From: Eledone cirrhosa
Taxonomy: Eukaryota
Reading direction: 5' to 3'
Length of the DNA: 64,000 bases
Assembly (NCBI GenBank): GCA_964016885.1
Contig: OZ024740.1
Location: forward strand, 165,230,001-165,294,000
The first letter of the stretch is position 1. Each line of letters starts with the position of its first letter. Both the position numbers and the translations under genes were made by a program. Positions 10,746-26,124 of this stretch are shown in pieces. A model generated the notes under the pieces. It was not told where the DNA came from, searched no databases, and was given only the letters and a program-made list of their open reading frames with translations.

Positions 10746-13700
10746 CTACAGGCGTATATTCAGAGCGGTCCCGCTCACTCGGACCATTCTCGCTACATCC
10801 ACCCACCTTTCAACAAACTTGCTAGAAGGCAGCACTTGCCTCTCCACCCTGATTTTCCTCTTCAAGTGAAACTTGAAAAAGTTAATTAGGGATTCGCCGA
10901 AGAGGAAAGTGTCTGTCTTTAACCCTTTCAACCTTGTCAAACCACACAATCTCTTTCGCCATGGCCACCAGGCAGATGAAAACTGCCTCCCCTCCTCCTC
11001 GAAGGAAGACGGCGAGACCATCTGCACAATGGACTCAGTGGATAACCGGATCAGTCCTACACGCGACAGCAACTGTTCGACATAGCTCCACAAGTCAGCA
11101 ATGCTCTAGCACTGAACGAGAACGTACACGACGGTTTCGTCGCTCTGCGCACATATCGGACAGGCTCGGCTGACGGCACTTCCGTGTCTATAGAGCTTAT
11201 CTCGAACCGGCAACGCTCCCCGATAGCACTGCTAGGCGAGGGATTTTTGGAAGTTATCCATAGGCCCTGGGCTGAAAATTCTCCAGAAGAGAGCAAACAG
11301 CTGATCTTCTTCAACGCCTAGGAGCTCTCCGAGAACGTCGTCGCTCTTCCCCTCTACTAGTCCTATATAGAACGCCGAGGTGCCCAGCTAGCAGAGGGCA
11401 GTGAGCGCCTGGAGACATTCCAGTTTCCATGCGCTATCCCTCGGTCTTTTCCTGACCCAGGACTGAAGCTCCGTCAAAGAAAACGTGCCTGGCGAAAGGC
11501 AACCACACATGTTCACCGTCAAGGATGCACCAGAGATGCCGCAGCCTCAGCGCATGTTTGCGCATCATCAGCCATGGCATGCAACTGGTGTTGACAGCAG
11601 ATGGATCGTCTGACCACGGGAGCACGTCCCTTCCACAAAAAGCGGAAGAGGAGGCGCTCCATTTTGGTGAGAGTTGGGCCGGGGCAAGGGACGACGGTGA
11701 GGCGGTAGCAGATGACGGATGCGATGTACGCATTCGCCACCTCCGCTCAGCCTTTCAGGGACAGCTTCCTTTAGGCCCATTTCTGGGTGAGGGAGGCCAC
11801 CTTGCTCGTCACCTCGCTCCAGTTTTTCTCCATCTGGAGGTCCGGTCCGAAACAGTCCCCGAGTAATTTTACCGGTTCGTCCGTCCAACGCCCCACGACA
11901 CTGTCGGACAGCATGGACTTGCCTCTCCAGGTGCCGATCTGCAAGTCCACAGACTTTTCCTGTTTTATCTTTGGTCCTGTCACCGTTTCGTATACCTTGA
12001 GAGCGGTGCCGAGCATCTGGACATGTCTGGTGCTCGACACGACAACGGTGACGTCGTCGGCGTAAGCCGACTCGGATTTCCCAGTTCACGTGGGACGCCC
12101 CTCATCGACCCCAGTCTGTGTAGTAACTCGAGAGCAAATACGTACAAGAGGGACGAGAGGGGACAACCCTGGCGGACCGAGCGCATTATGCTGAACGGAT
12201 GCGACAGGTGACCGTTCATCCTCGCAACTGAGCAGATGTCGCTGTATATCGCAGCAATCCAACCCCTGAAAACGGGCTCTAAACCGGCTGCCTCGAGGAC
12301 CGCCGCCAGGTACCGATGCTCGACCCTAGTGAATTCTTTGGATTAATCTATGTTGATCAGGGCCCCACCCGTGCCAGGTTCCTTAATCACCCTCTCTATG
12401 ACGTATCGCATGAGGTGGTGGTTGTCATGTATGGATCTGTCCGAATGTCTGCACCTCTCCAACCAGACCCTTGACGACAAGCCCCAACCTCGTTGCTAAC
12501 ACCCTGGCGAAAATCTTGAACTCTGCGTTTAGCAGAGTTATGGGCCTGAAGTTATCGATAACATCCCCCTTGTTCGGGTCTTTTCTCAGCAGCGCCACTG
12601 CTCCCCGGCTCACAAAACTGGGAATGCTCCCGTTCTGCTGCCAGTTGCAGTAGACGTCTGCCAAGAGGTCACCGAACAATTCTGGCATAAATGCATAAAG
12701 CTCGTAGGGCAGACCATCCAAACCTGGCGATTTACCCCTCGTGCAGTTAGCTATCGCTTCCCGTATTTCACCGGCTGTTATTGGCTTTTCGCAACACTTC
12801 TGCGGTCGTCGAGAGCTAAAGCAGTCCGTCGAGGTATGCACTGAAGTCCATACACCGATCCGGTCCGCCGATGCTCCCGAATAGTTCAGCAAAGTGCTGC
12901 TGAAAAGCTTCACACATCTGCTCGTTTTGGTCAGATAAAGACAGACTTGTGGCTTTGTTGCCACGTCTCGCCTCTGCCACCCGGGCCCATTGGATGGCTT
13001 TTGTCTCCCCGTGTTTCAGAGCACGCACTCTAACTCTGACAACGCAGCCTTCTTGTTTTGCTTTGATGAATTGGTCGAGTGCCAATCTCGCCGCAAGCAA
13101 GTCGGTTGCGATGCCTGTCCTAAACGCCTCTTCTAGCTTTCTGACTATCTCTCCTTCTACTCTCCTTCTACTCTATTTTCCTCTATCACTAGTCATTTGC
13201 TAAACCTAATCGACTCTACTTAAATAGCCCTTTTCAGGGCGAACCACCTCCTGTTGTTGACGACCCCTCCCGTCAACGCTCGCTTAACTAATACGCTAAT
13301 CCGGTCTCTGTAGGCTTTGCGCGCCGGGAAAAAACGCGTTCAGCTTACAGTAACCGGGTCGTTGTCTATGAAGTCTGTCTATGTCGATCTCACAGATCAC
13401 AAATTTGTGGTCTGTGACGTCGACTATTTTAAATTGTGGACAACTTATACTAGCCTTATCTAGTTCTCTGCAGAATACCCTATCAAGATACGATCTTGAT
13501 GACCCGATGCGGTTTGTCCATGTCCACATTGGCACATTCGAGTGGTCCAGTCGATACCTGTCAGACAGTTCAAAACGTCTGAGCCGGTTGGTGAGGCTCT
13601 TGCACCCTCCTCCCTTATCCACTAGCCCCACACAATCCCAGCGTGCATCCAAGATACCGTTCCAGTCGCCCACTAACACTAAAGAGCTGGACGTTCCAAG

Positions 13701-14087
13701 AAAGGTTTCTAGACGTCTGAAGAAATCTGGCCGCCCTGTCCCTGTCGGAGCATAGACGGCTACTAGCCTGAAAGCGTTGCCTTCGGTGCCGCTTACGTCC
13801 AGCACCACCGACTTACCTTCTTGGTCCAGGAAGATGGTCCGTATGGCGAGACCCAAGCCATTCCGAAACAACACAGCCACTCCGCCCCTCGCTCCCGGAC
13901 GGCTCGGATGTGCGTACACCTGGTAATCGTCGAAGATCGGTGCGAAAGCTTGCGTTTCAGAGATTCTTGTCTCGCTGATGGCCACCATATCTATGTTTAG
14001 TGACCTGAGGTCGTTAAGCAAGTGACCCTGCTTTCAAACCGAGCTCAAACCACGCACGTTTACACGTCCGATCCTGAATACGGCCAT
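10746..14087 (-). pseudogene. ORF2 of Tx1-like copy 4, fragmented
   Basis: Fragments 13296-14021 (APE), 12425-12964 and 11980-12219 (RT), 10746-11093 (C-terminus); ATG at 14087. Confidence 0.88.
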
Positions 14088-14118
14088 GTTGGGTGAGGAA
14101 CGGGGCAAGTGAGAAAGG

Positions 14119-16228
14119 ATCACCTACCTTGATCGTCTGGTGAAGGGACTGTTGAATCGTCCCTTCGGCTGGTCGTCGGCTCTTCTGTGAGTATATCCGA
14201 GTATACTCTCCGGTTGAGTGTCCCACCTAGGTCTCTGAAATCACCAACTGCATTGGGGATTTCATTTTAATGTTTGTGTATTGTTTCTGTGATATTCTTA
14301 ACAGTCTTATGTTCGTTGGTGTTTTTATTGGTGCTGGTATTATGTAGTTGTGCTGTGAAATGTCTGTGTGTTCAATTATGTCATTAGTTTCTTGTTGTGT
14401 GTATTTATTGCCGTGCATTTCTTTTTCTGGGGGTGGGGTGTGGTTCTGCTATTTTCTTGTCGTTGTTGCTGGGTGTGTGTGTTTTGTTGTTGTGTTTGCG
14501 ACGTTGATGCTTGTGGTTGTGTTGTTAAAGGTGTTGTTGTTGTTGGCGGTGGGGTTGCGGCCGGTGGTGATGGTAGTGCTAGTGTGGGTGGTGATGGTGT
14601 TGGTGGTGTTGCTGCTGTAAGACTCTTTGCAGTAGCCTTCACCCTTTTTTCATTTCTCCCCTCCCTTTTCGAAAGCGACGATGCGCTGCTTCCGCGTTTG
14701 TGCCTTCTTGCGACCTTTTGCCATCCCTCTCCCACCTCCCACTCCATGTCCGATTCTGTGCGGTCGGGGAGGGGTACCAGCTCCACTCTTTCACTTGTTT
14801 TTGTTGGTGATGGTTGCAGTGAAATCTCTGTTGCAGCTGCAGTTGGTATTACTGTTGTTGTTGTTAATACTTCCACAGCTGCTGCTGTTCTTGATTTCCG
14901 TGGCGTGGGTATGGGTGCCACGGACCTATCCTTCCTGCTTGCCGTCTGTCCTGTTGCTAATAGCAGTGGAGCCGGTTTCGGTAGGAGGCGGGTTTCCTAC
15001 GTTCTCAGGGTGTTCTCATTGCAGAAGGCCCTGAGGTGAGTCTTCGACCCACAGCGAAAGCATTTCGGGCGTTTGCCCTCAACACTTTTGGGAAGCTGAG
15101 TGCCGTTATCGAAGTCTATCACATCCGGGATAGCTTCGATGCACTTCTGGTTGGTTTGAATTAACATCTCAATGGAGGCGCCGACCCAATATTCTCCTAC
15201 ATCTTTCTGTACTTGCAATACGGTTGTTTTGTCCTCGATTCCGACGAGAGCAAACGCGGTCAGCAAAGAAGGGGCCATGCTTGGGGTTTACTTGGGACAG
15301 TTTAACCCTCACAATTTTTTGCCTGCAGTAGGAGGGCACCAACACCATTTCGTCGCTCCTTAGGGTTACTAAGGATTGAGCGTTTGCCTCCTGGGGTGTG
15401 GCAAAAAGCACGTCCACGGTGGCATATTTCTGGCCTCGGGTTATATGCGTTTTCCGCTGCCACACAAACCCTAAGGCTTTTTGTATTTGAGCCTCTGTGG
15501 CTCTTTCAACCCTACGTGATTGTTTGCTTACTGTACGGTACGTGACCGTACAGTGATGTTGGGTTTCGAAAAATTCTTCGGCTGCCTTGCAGATTGCTCG
15601 GTGTCCGGTTTTCGTCACCATCTTCCTTGCTTCCTGTAATTCTTCATTTGATATAAGGATGGTTTCCAGGTTCTTTGCGATACCTGCAAACGACATTGGT
15701 TTTTCTTTCTTGTTGTTGTCGTCAGAGTTGCTGTTACTTTTGTTGTTGCTGCTGGTACTACGACCGCCCCCGCCGCTATTGCTGTTGATGTTGCTGTTGT
15801 TTTTGTTGTTGCTGCTACTGCTGTTGTTGTTGCTGTTGCTGCTGCTGCTATTGTTTATGCTGCTGCTGATGTTGTTGCGGCTGTTACTAGTATTTTCCTC
15901 GCCACTGTTGCTGCTGCTGTTGTTATTACGGCTGTTGCTGCTAGTCTTCATGACGTCAGACGAATGAAATGGCTTTCCGTATTTACCGCACACATCTTTC
16001 GTTGTTGTCGTCGTCGTGAAGAATGTTCCACGGTACGCACGTTCTCTTGAAGAACGCTACGAGAAACTACTTTTTCTTTAATGGCGTCGCTTGCGAAAGA
16101 GGCGACAGAGGCGACACCACATTTAGAGAAGGGAGGGAGAGAGACAATATTTTTTCTGACCTAATGACGATTGGGGAAGAAGATGGAAGGAGTGGCAGTG
16201 ACTTGTGAAAATTCTTTTTTGAAGCCAT
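14119..16228 (-). pseudogene. ORF1 of Tx1-like copy 4, frameshifted
   Basis: 15169-15993 (HCTVTYRTVSKQSRRVERATEAQIQKALG, homologous to copy 1), 14997-15278 (CFRCGSKTHLRAFC), 14376-14921. Confidence 0.8.
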
Positions 16229-16444
16229 GTTTTTTTTACGGTTCAAAATGAATATTGGGCACAAATCCCCAATAACTTGTTATTTAACCCCGAAGGGCTA
16301 AATAGCGGGCAGAAAGACCCCTCTCACGAGGAGGAGGGTGTCTTTATCTACAATTTGGTTCAAGTTTTAAACAATTTACAATTGTTATAACGGTTAAAAA
16401 TTACAATACCTTACAGAGCCGACCCTCCGTCAACCATGGCATTC

Positions 16445-16478
<34 letters not shown>
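16445..16478. repeat. (AAT)n spacer between copy 4 5' end and copy 5 3' end
   Basis: Pure AAT run. Confidence 0.95.
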
Positions 16479-19400
16479 GTGCTTTCTTTATTAACCACAA
16501 GGGTTTACATAAAGTAGACATTAAGGACAGTACAGGACAATACAGGACGGTACAAATGGGCATTTCTGCGTGTAAAAAACAAGAAACAGAGGATGTAATA
16601 ATAGAACAATGAAAAAATTCCCCAATAGAGGGGGAGACTTCCGAGAGACATTCGTGGAGAAAGCCCATTAAAAAGCCAAAGTGACCCTGACCACCAGGGC
16701 AAGTGCCCTCTCCCAGTTTTCCACCTTTAATTTACAGACACATAATCACTCGGGCCATTCTTGCCTCTCTCACCCAACTTTCAACAAAATGCTGGGAAGA
16801 GAGCACTTCCCTTTCTGCCCTGATTTTCCTTTTCAAATGAAATTTGAAAAAGTTAATCAGGGCATCATCGAAGAGGTAAGTGCTCGTCTTCAGCCCTTTC
16901 AAACGTGCCCACCATACTATCTCTTTCGCCATGGCCACCAGACAGATAAAAACTGCCTGCCCTTCCCGGCTAAAGGAAGAGGGCGGGGCAATCCTAACGG
17001 TGGACGCAGCTGATAGCTCGATCCGTCCCACACGCGACAGCAGGGTTCGACATAAACCCACTAGTCAGCAATGCTCGGATACTGGACAAGTGCGTGCAGG
17101 ATGGTTTCGTCGCCCTGCGCGCATATCGAACATGCCCGGCTGACGACACCTCCATGCCTGTAGAGTTTATCCCGAACTGGCAAACCTCCTCGGTAGCACT
17201 GCCAGGCCAGGGATTTCTGGAAGTTGTCCATAGGCCCCGGTCGGAAAGTTCTTCCGAAGAGATTGGCTAGTTGATTTTCGTCGACGCCTAGAGTTTCCCC
17301 AAGTACGTCGTCGCTCTTCCCCTCCACTAATCCTCTATAGAACGCCAAGGTGGAGTTTCCACCGATCACATTGCCCGATTCGTCGAGGGCTGTGAGCGCT
17401 TGAAGAGATTCCAGTCTCCAAGCGCTCCCTCTCGGTCTTCGCTTGACCCAGGACTGCAGATCCGTCAAGGAGATAAGCTGGGGAAAGACGCGTCTAGCAA
17501 ACGGCGACCACACCTGATCACCGTCGAGGAAGAGATGGAGATGTCGTAGCCTGAGCGCGTGTCTACGCATCATCAGCCACGGCATTCCCAGCCCTACACG
17601 TAGCGGGTGTTGACAGCAGATGGACCGCCTGACCATCGGAGCCGGTCCCTTCCACAAAAAGCGAATGAGCAAACGCTCCAGCGCAGTCAGGTGAGGCTTA
17701 GGACAAGATACGACGGTCAGGCGGTAGTAGATGATGGACGCGATATACCCGTTAGCCACCTGCGCTCGACCTTTCAGGGATAGCTTCCTCTCCGCCCATT
17801 TCTGGGTGAGAGAAGCCACCCTGCACGTCATGTCGTCCCAGTTTTTGTCCGTCTGGAGGTCCTGACTGAACCAGACCCCTAGCAATTTAAGCGGTCCGTC
17901 CGTCCAATGCCCGATGACGCTGTTCGACGGCATGGACCTGCCTCTCCAGGTGCCGAGCGGCAGGCCCATTGACTTTCCCTGGTTGATCATTGCTCCTGTC
18001 ACCGCTTCGTATTCTCTTAGTGTAGTGCCGATCGCCTCGATGCGTTTGGCGTTCGTCACAACTACGGTGACACAGATCTTCCGCATCCTAGTTAGCGCGG
18101 GACCCACCTCAACGTCTCCAGTTTATGCAGTAATGGCTCGAGAGTCAATACGTACAAGAGGGACGAGAGGGGATATCCTTAGCGGACTGAGCGCATGATG
18201 TTGAACGGTTCCGAAAGGTGACCGTTCACTCTCACCACAGAACAGATGTCGCTGTGCATGGCAGCGATCCAGGCTCTGAAGACGGGCCCAAAGCCAGCCG
18301 CCCTTGGGACTGCCGATAGGTAACGATGGTCGACCCTATCGAAAGCTTTCGACTGATTTAAATTGATCAAGGACCCACCCGTGCCAGTTTCCCTAGCTAC
18401 CCTCTCTACGATGTATCGCCTGAGGTGGAAGTTGTCGTGGGTGGATCTGTCGGGAATGGCGCATGTTTGCGCCTCTCCCACCAGACCACCAACAACAAGG
18501 GCCAACCTCTTTGCTAGCACCTTGGCCAAAATCTTGAACTCTGTGTTTAGCAGAGTTATGGGCCTAAAATTATCTATGTTATGCCCCTGTTCAGTTCCTT
18601 TTTCAGCAGCACCACAGCTCCTCGGCTCACAGAGATGGGAATTCTCCCGTTCTGTTGCCAGTTGCATTAGACGTCCACCAAGAGGCCTCCGAACAAGTTT
18701 GGCATATGTGCGTAAAGTTCATAGGGCAGACCATCCAAACCAGGCGATTTAACCCCTTGTGCAGCCAGTCATTGCCGTACTTGACTGGCTGTTATCGGCT
18801 TTTCGCAACGCTCCACCTCAGTCGCCGAGAACTGCGGCAGTCTGTCGAGGTAGACACTAAAGTCCATCCCTCGATCTGGCCCGCCGCTACTCCCGAACAA
18901 CAGAGCGAAGTGTCGCTGAAAAGCTTCACAGATTTTCCCGGGATCGAGTAGCACTGCCCACCGTGGTCCACCAAAGACCGTATCGTGGTTTTGTTGCCAC
19001 GACGCGCCTCCGCCACTCGGGCCCATTGAAAGGCTTTCATCCCCTCGTGTCTGAGAGCACGCACCCTAGCTCTGACAATGCAGCCTTCGTGCTTTGCATT
19101 GAAGAATTGGTCAAGGGCCAATTTCGCCGCAAGTACGTCGGTCGCGATGCCTTTGCTAAGCGCCTCGTCTAAATTTTCTAACTAATTCTCCCTCTGCTCT
19201 ATTTTTCTCTATTGCTAAAGCCTTACTAAACCTAATGGACTCTATTTTAATTGCTCTTTTCAGAGCAAACCACCACTTGTTGTTGACGATGGCCCCCGTC
19301 AACGCCCGCTTAAGTAGTTCGCTAATCCGGTCTCTGTAGGCCTTGCGCGATTGTAAGGACGCGTTTAGCTTCCAATAGCCGGGTCCTCGTTTATGAAGCC

Positions 19401-22319
19401 TATCTAAGTCAAGCACACAGATCACGAATTTGTGGTCCGTGTAGCTGACTATCTTGAATTGTGGCCAGCCTATGCTAGACCTATCTATTTCCCTACAAAA
19501 TACTCTATCTAGATATCATCTGGATGACCCTATGCGATTTTTCCAAGTCCACATTGGCACATTCGGGAAATCCAATCGGTACCTGTGAGACAGTTCAAAA
19601 CGCATGAGCAGGTTGGTGAGGCTCTTGCACCCTCCTACCCTATCCGCTAATCCCACACAGTCCCAGCGTGCATCTAAGATCCCGTTCCAGTCGCCCACTA
19701 ACACTAAAGAGCGGGACGTTCCAAGAAAGGTCTCCAGACGCCGGAAGAAATCAGACCGCCCTGCACCTGTCGGGGCATAGACGGCCACTAGCCTGAAAGC
19801 TTGCCCGTCTCCGCTGATCACGTCTAGGACCACCAACTTACCTTCTGGGTCCAGGAAGATGGCCCGTATGGCGAGATTCAAACCTCTCCGAAAAAGCACA
19901 GCAACTCCTCCCCCCAAACCCGGACGGCTGGGAGATGCGTACACATCGTAGCCGCCGAAGATCGGTGCGAAGGCCCGTGCTTCGGAGATTCTGGCCTCGC
20001 TGATGGTCACTACATCTATGTTTAGTGACCTGAGGTCGTTGATCAGGTGGCCCTGCTTCCATGACGACCCCAAGCCACGCGCATTTATGCTGCCTATTCT
20101 GAGTGGGGTCATGTTGAAATGGAGTGGAAAAGATGGGAAAGACCACTTACCTTACTTCTCGTAGAAAAAGGATGGTTTTCCATCCTTTTCACTGCTTGTG
20201 GCCTCCTCTGGAAGGATGTCGTTATAAATCCTCCTGGAGAGTGTTTGTCGGAAGTCTCCGATGTCTTTGGGGAATTTTTGTTTTAGTGTCGTGTACGTTT
20301 TCTGTGTGATGCGAGTGATTTGTATGTGTGGAGGTGGTGTGAACTGTTGGGTTGTTGCGTAGTCTTTTTCTGTGATGCTGGTGTTGTGTTGCATGTAGTG
20401 TAATAATTGGTTGTTGTTCAAATTTAATGGTGTAGTGTGTATCCTTTTGGTTGTTTTGTTTTGTTTGCGTTTGTTGTGGGTTTGTTTCTGTTACGCTTTT
20501 TGGTGACTTTTGTGTAGTTGGTGATGGTGGTGTTGGGGTTAATGATGGTGATGGAGTTGCTGTTTGTGGTGATGGGGTTGGTGATGCTGGTGAGGATGGT
20601 GGCATATCTGTCTTAACTTTTTTGTTTGATAATTTATTTGTTTCCCTCTGTATTTTGTTTTTGGAGGGGGAGGGAAGAGAATGTTTTTTTTTTTGTTTTT
20701 TTTTCTTTTTTCCTGATACCGTTTCCCATTCCTCGTCGTCACAATCTGTCTCCAGTTGTGATAAGCCGGGGAGTGGAAGATCCTCCACAGGCGTTGGTTT
20801 TGGTTGTGACGTGGTGGATGGTGTAGGCGCTGCTGCTAGTTCTGGCGCGTTGGGTGGTGGTGGTGTTGGTTTTGCTACTGTTGCTGGGGTTGTTGCTGTT
20901 ACAGTTGCTTCTGTTGTTGCTGCTACAGTTGTTGCTGCCATTTCTGCTGCTGGTGGTGTTGATGGTTGAGTCACTGGGGTGGGTAAGAGAGGTGACCTCA
21001 ACCTTTTAACCTGAGGGCAGAAAGCCCTTAGGTGGGTTCCTTCCCCACAAACGACACACCTAGGTCTTCTGCCCTGACGATTACGGTTAGGTGGCTGTCG
21101 TCAGTGTGGTCTATTACCTCTGGGATCTCCTCAATGCTTTTATGGTCCGCTTAGATCAGGAGCTCCATCCCAGATCTGGACCAGTTCTCCTGCTTTTCTT
21201 TCGCTATTTCAATTATCTTGGTGTTGGCCTCGATGCCGGCGAGGACGGCAGCCATTAGCCAGGGAATGTCGATGGCCAGTGGAACGTGGGTCACCCTGAT
21301 CTTCACAAGTCTCTGGCCACAATAGCTTGGGATGAGTGTGAAGTCGTCACTTCTTAATGGGCCCATGGAGTGTTCTCTGGCCTCCTGTGGTGTTTCAAAG
21401 AACACCTCCACGGTTCCATACTTCTGCCCACGTCTGATGTGGGTTTTTTTTTGCCCACACATGTCCCAAAGCTTTTTGGATTTGGGACTCGGATGCCCGT
21501 TCCACTCGGCGCGATTTTATGTTAATTGTCCGATAAGACACGGTGCATAGGCGACGTTGCTCCATTTTATTAGGTGTGTGTGTGTGGGGGGGGGGGGCTG
21601 ACCCTGTATCCATCTTTCTTTACCATTCCTTTGGCTTCTTCTAATTCCTCCTGAGTTACCTGGATCGCTTCGCACGTTTTTGCCTCTCTGGCAAAACTCA
21701 GGTTAGTTTTCTTAATTTCATTGTTGCTGTTGTTGTTATCGTTATTTTTGTTATTGTTAATTTTAGTTTCAGTTGTGGTGGTGGTGGCGTCAGTGGTGTT
21801 CGGTGTGGAAGAGTTCATTTTGGTTGAATTCATTTCGATATCACGAGTTAAAATATTTTTTTCTTTTGTTTTGTTGTCGCTGTGGTGGTGGTGGCGGGGT
21901 GGTGGTTGTCGCAGTGTTGGTGGTGGTGGCGGCTTTAACACATGCAGTCATTGGTAATGGCGGGAAATAAACGTCTGCCTGAGACAAATTAAAAATATTG
22001 CTACTGCTAACATTTCCAGTGTTGGCAAACGTAGCAATATTTACAATGGTGGTGTCGGTGTGAGGTGTTAGATTGTGAGGAAGGAGTGACTCTGTGTCAT
22101 CCATTATTTTTTCAAAGAAAAATTTTGTTTGATAATTATAAAAAGTTTAAATTTTGGGCTCAAGGCCCCAATATTTTTGAGTGTCCTTTTCAGAAATCAA
22201 TGTATGTGCACTTATATACAGTTAACAATAAAAATTTTCCATGAATGGCAATTTTAAACAACTGAAAATAACAAACCTTTGCGGAGCTCACGATGATACG
22301 ATTTACTACGTTGGTCGCC
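16479..22319 (-). mobile_element. Tx1-like copy 5, full length, decayed (ORF1 ~20152-22104; ORF2 16732-20112 with the YADD region deleted)
   Basis: Both termini are present and both are flanked by (AAT)n; colinear with copy 1. Confidence 0.9.

Positions 22320-22357
<38 letters not shown>
22320..22357. repeat. (AAT)n at the 5' flank of copy 5
   Basis: Pure AAT run. Confidence 0.95.
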
Positions 22358-22358
<1 letters not shown>

Positions 22359-22470
22359 TGTGTACAGTGCTCAGGTGCACTACAACTCATCAAACGTGCA
22401 TGTACAGTACATAGAATAATGTAGAAATGTCAGGAAAATGAACAGTGTATGATTCATGATATACTTGTAA
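22358..22470 (-). mobile_element. Probable 3' terminus of an unrelated ATT-tailed non-LTR element
   Basis: The minus strand reads TGTAGTGC-ACCTGA-GCACTGTA (stem-loop), then CACA, then (ATT)n. No ORF is visible and the distal boundary is uncertain. Confidence 0.4.
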
Positions 22471-22664
22471 TGAATATTACTTTCTACTTCCAAAGAATCT
22501 CTCTGGCATCGAAATTTTCTTCCCTAGCTGGTTGACTTAATTCATTATGAAAATTAATATTGTTTCTTAATTCCAGAAATTGCACTCAGGGACAGCATGT
22601 TAGCGAAACGCTCTTGTTAGTTTGGCTTGTATTCTCCCCTACGGAGATTTTGGCATACATTAAA

Positions 22665-24043
<1,379 letters not shown>

Positions 24044-24286
24044 AGGGAGTGTAACGCGGAGTTACTGTAGGTTCACCCGGGTGAGCACTCGATGTTTAGG
24101 TTCACGTCGGTACCCAGATGTAGAGCTAGACTGAGTGTAATATAATAAAACAAGAACGAATGGTTAAATCTTCATTACGTTTATTGGTTGGTGACGCGCG
24201 TTTCGCTATTGACAAGCTCAAGGTTCGATCCGAATCGATCTAGGTCGTAGGACCTCTGTGGTAGCTCTCTTTCTCTCTCTCTCTCA

Positions 24287-24347
<61 letters not shown>

Positions 24348-24532
24348 AACGATGAAGTTTCGTTGACATGTATTTAGACTGTTATTGTATATCGACCTGT
24401 TAGGCGTATTTTGCAGAGGCTTGGCTAAGCGTCACTGATGGAAGTTATGGATTCAGTCTGAGGAGCTGATTGATAATGGTGCCGGGTCCATAATTTGTAT
24501 GGGTGATCCTGAAGGAATCCCGAGCTCTTTAA

Positions 24533-25141
24533 AATACAATATGTAGGAAAGCTTACACACTAGAGAGAGATAGTGCGCCATCAGTCAAACAGGGAAAAAC
24601 CACCAGTGTATGGAATTTATAGCCCATGGAAGGCATTCCTTCTTGTTTGAGCAAATTACTGACAGGGAATAGGGAGAGTCTATGACTTCGTTAATTTATC
24701 GTGATATTTCGCTCCTTATAACAGTCTTTCCCCTCTCTCTGTTTCGTTGAGCACACTTCTCTGAGTGGTTTGGGCTGCCCTGTCTCGTTCTTCAGAGACC
24801 ACTGGTTACTGCCCTAAGCACGCTGTGAATTCTCTCTCCCGCGTGTGGATGGACGGTGGCTTTAGATTCTCTTAGAATTGTCTGAAATGTATGAACCATT
24901 GGCTAATCATTTCTGTCAATAACTTATTTGGCGAAACAGATCTTTTTTGATTTGTACGTGTGTTTTAGATATGTGTGTTTTAGATATGTATTTACACTTT
25001 AATTTATACTTTTAATTATTGTGTGTCTACTCTGCCTTCCATGGGCTATAGATTCCATACACTGGTGGTTTTTCCATGTTCGAATTATGGCGCACTCTCT
25101 CTCTCTCTCTCTAGTGTGTTATCTTTCCTACATATTGTATT
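24533..25141. repeat. Fold-back element with ~105 bp imperfect inverted arms
   Basis: 24533-24635 is the approximate reverse complement of 25033-25141; the right end abuts (TA)n. Confidence 0.8.
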
Positions 25142-25156
25142 ATATATATATATATG

Positions 25157-25427
25157 TATTTAGTTAGAAAGTGAACAACACAAAATATAACTACTCCATT
25201 ACGAAAGGTTTCTGGATCCCAGACAATATTAATATATCTATATTAATAGACAGAGATGTTATATAGCATCTCTGTTTGATGACCGATCTAGAGGTATATT
25301 ATTATTGTCTGGGATTCAGAAACCTTTGGTAATGGAGTAGTTATATTTTGTGTTGTTCACTTTCTAATTAAATAGCTCTGTTCTATACATAGAGCACTCT
25401 TTTTTCCTTTGATTTTCTTTCGGAATT

Positions 25428-25432
<5 letters not shown>
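25157..25432. repeat. Fold-back element (~70 bp arms, one-sided extension) with a degenerate hammerhead-like motif
   Basis: 25157-25228 vs 25303-25374 inverted. CTCTGT-TTGATGA...GAAA-CCTTTGG-TA-ATGGAG at 25270-25337. Confidence 0.72.
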
Positions 25433-25507
<75 letters not shown>

Positions 25508-25628
25508 TATATAAAGTGACAATAAGAATTACAGCTTTTTGCAAACTTTATTAGACATTACAATTTGTTTCAATATCAATCAGTTCGGATTTGATCATGT
25601 GATCGGATCCCGACTCTAATTATAATTT

Positions 25629-25659
<31 letters not shown>

Positions 25660-26006
25660 AAATACGTATTTAAGAAAGCCACAACAATGCAGAGGGAAAT
25701 CTCGAGGTAGGAAGTGGATGTCTTAACGACATCACAACTTTCTCCGCTTGGCCTGTTCCCCCCCTTTTGGAACTTTTCCCCCGTTGATGGGCGTGAGCCC
25801 GAAATATTGGGATTAAATCTCTACTACGGTAACCCTTCTACCTTTGTTTTGTTTTCATCTTTGTCTCTCTCAATTTTCACTTTCACCTGTTTTTCCTATC
25901 TGTCTTCCACTTCCTACCTCGAGATTTCCCTCTGCATTGTTGTGGCTTTCTTAAATACGTATTTTACACATTTCACAATGCTTCAAGCAAACTTTAACAC
26001 CCTCTT
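25660..26006. repeat. Fold-back element (~58 bp near-perfect arms, ~45 bp one-sided extension) with a degenerate hammerhead-like motif
   Basis: 25660-25718 vs 25907-25965 inverted. TCCC-CCGTTGA-T-GGGC-GTGA-GCCC-GAAA-TA-TT-GGGA at 25777-25812. Flanked by (TA)n. Confidence 0.78.
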
Positions 26007-26070
26007 ATATATATATATATATATAGTGACGAAACATAAGTCAATTGCACGAACTCATAATCCTTTATTT

Positions 26071-26124
26071 ACTGCTATATATATTTCGATGATAGCCATT
26101 AAGTGGCTGTGATCTCATCAGGCA
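26071..26124 (-). ncRNA. Minimal type I hammerhead ribozyme candidate (same family as 60736-60791)
   Basis: TGC-CTGATGA-GATCACAGCCA-CTTAA-TGGCTATCATC-GAAA-TATATA-TA-GCA. Confidence 0.7.

Larger units (their letters stand above)
10550..16444 (-). mobile_element. Tx1-like copy 4, diverged subfamily, 5' end apparently intact, last ~90 nt of 3' UTR missing
   Basis: Different 5' UTR and ORF1 N-terminus (Asn/Ser-rich). The 5' end abuts (AAT)n at 16445 and the 3' UTR meets copy 3 tail-to-tail. Confidence 0.85.
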
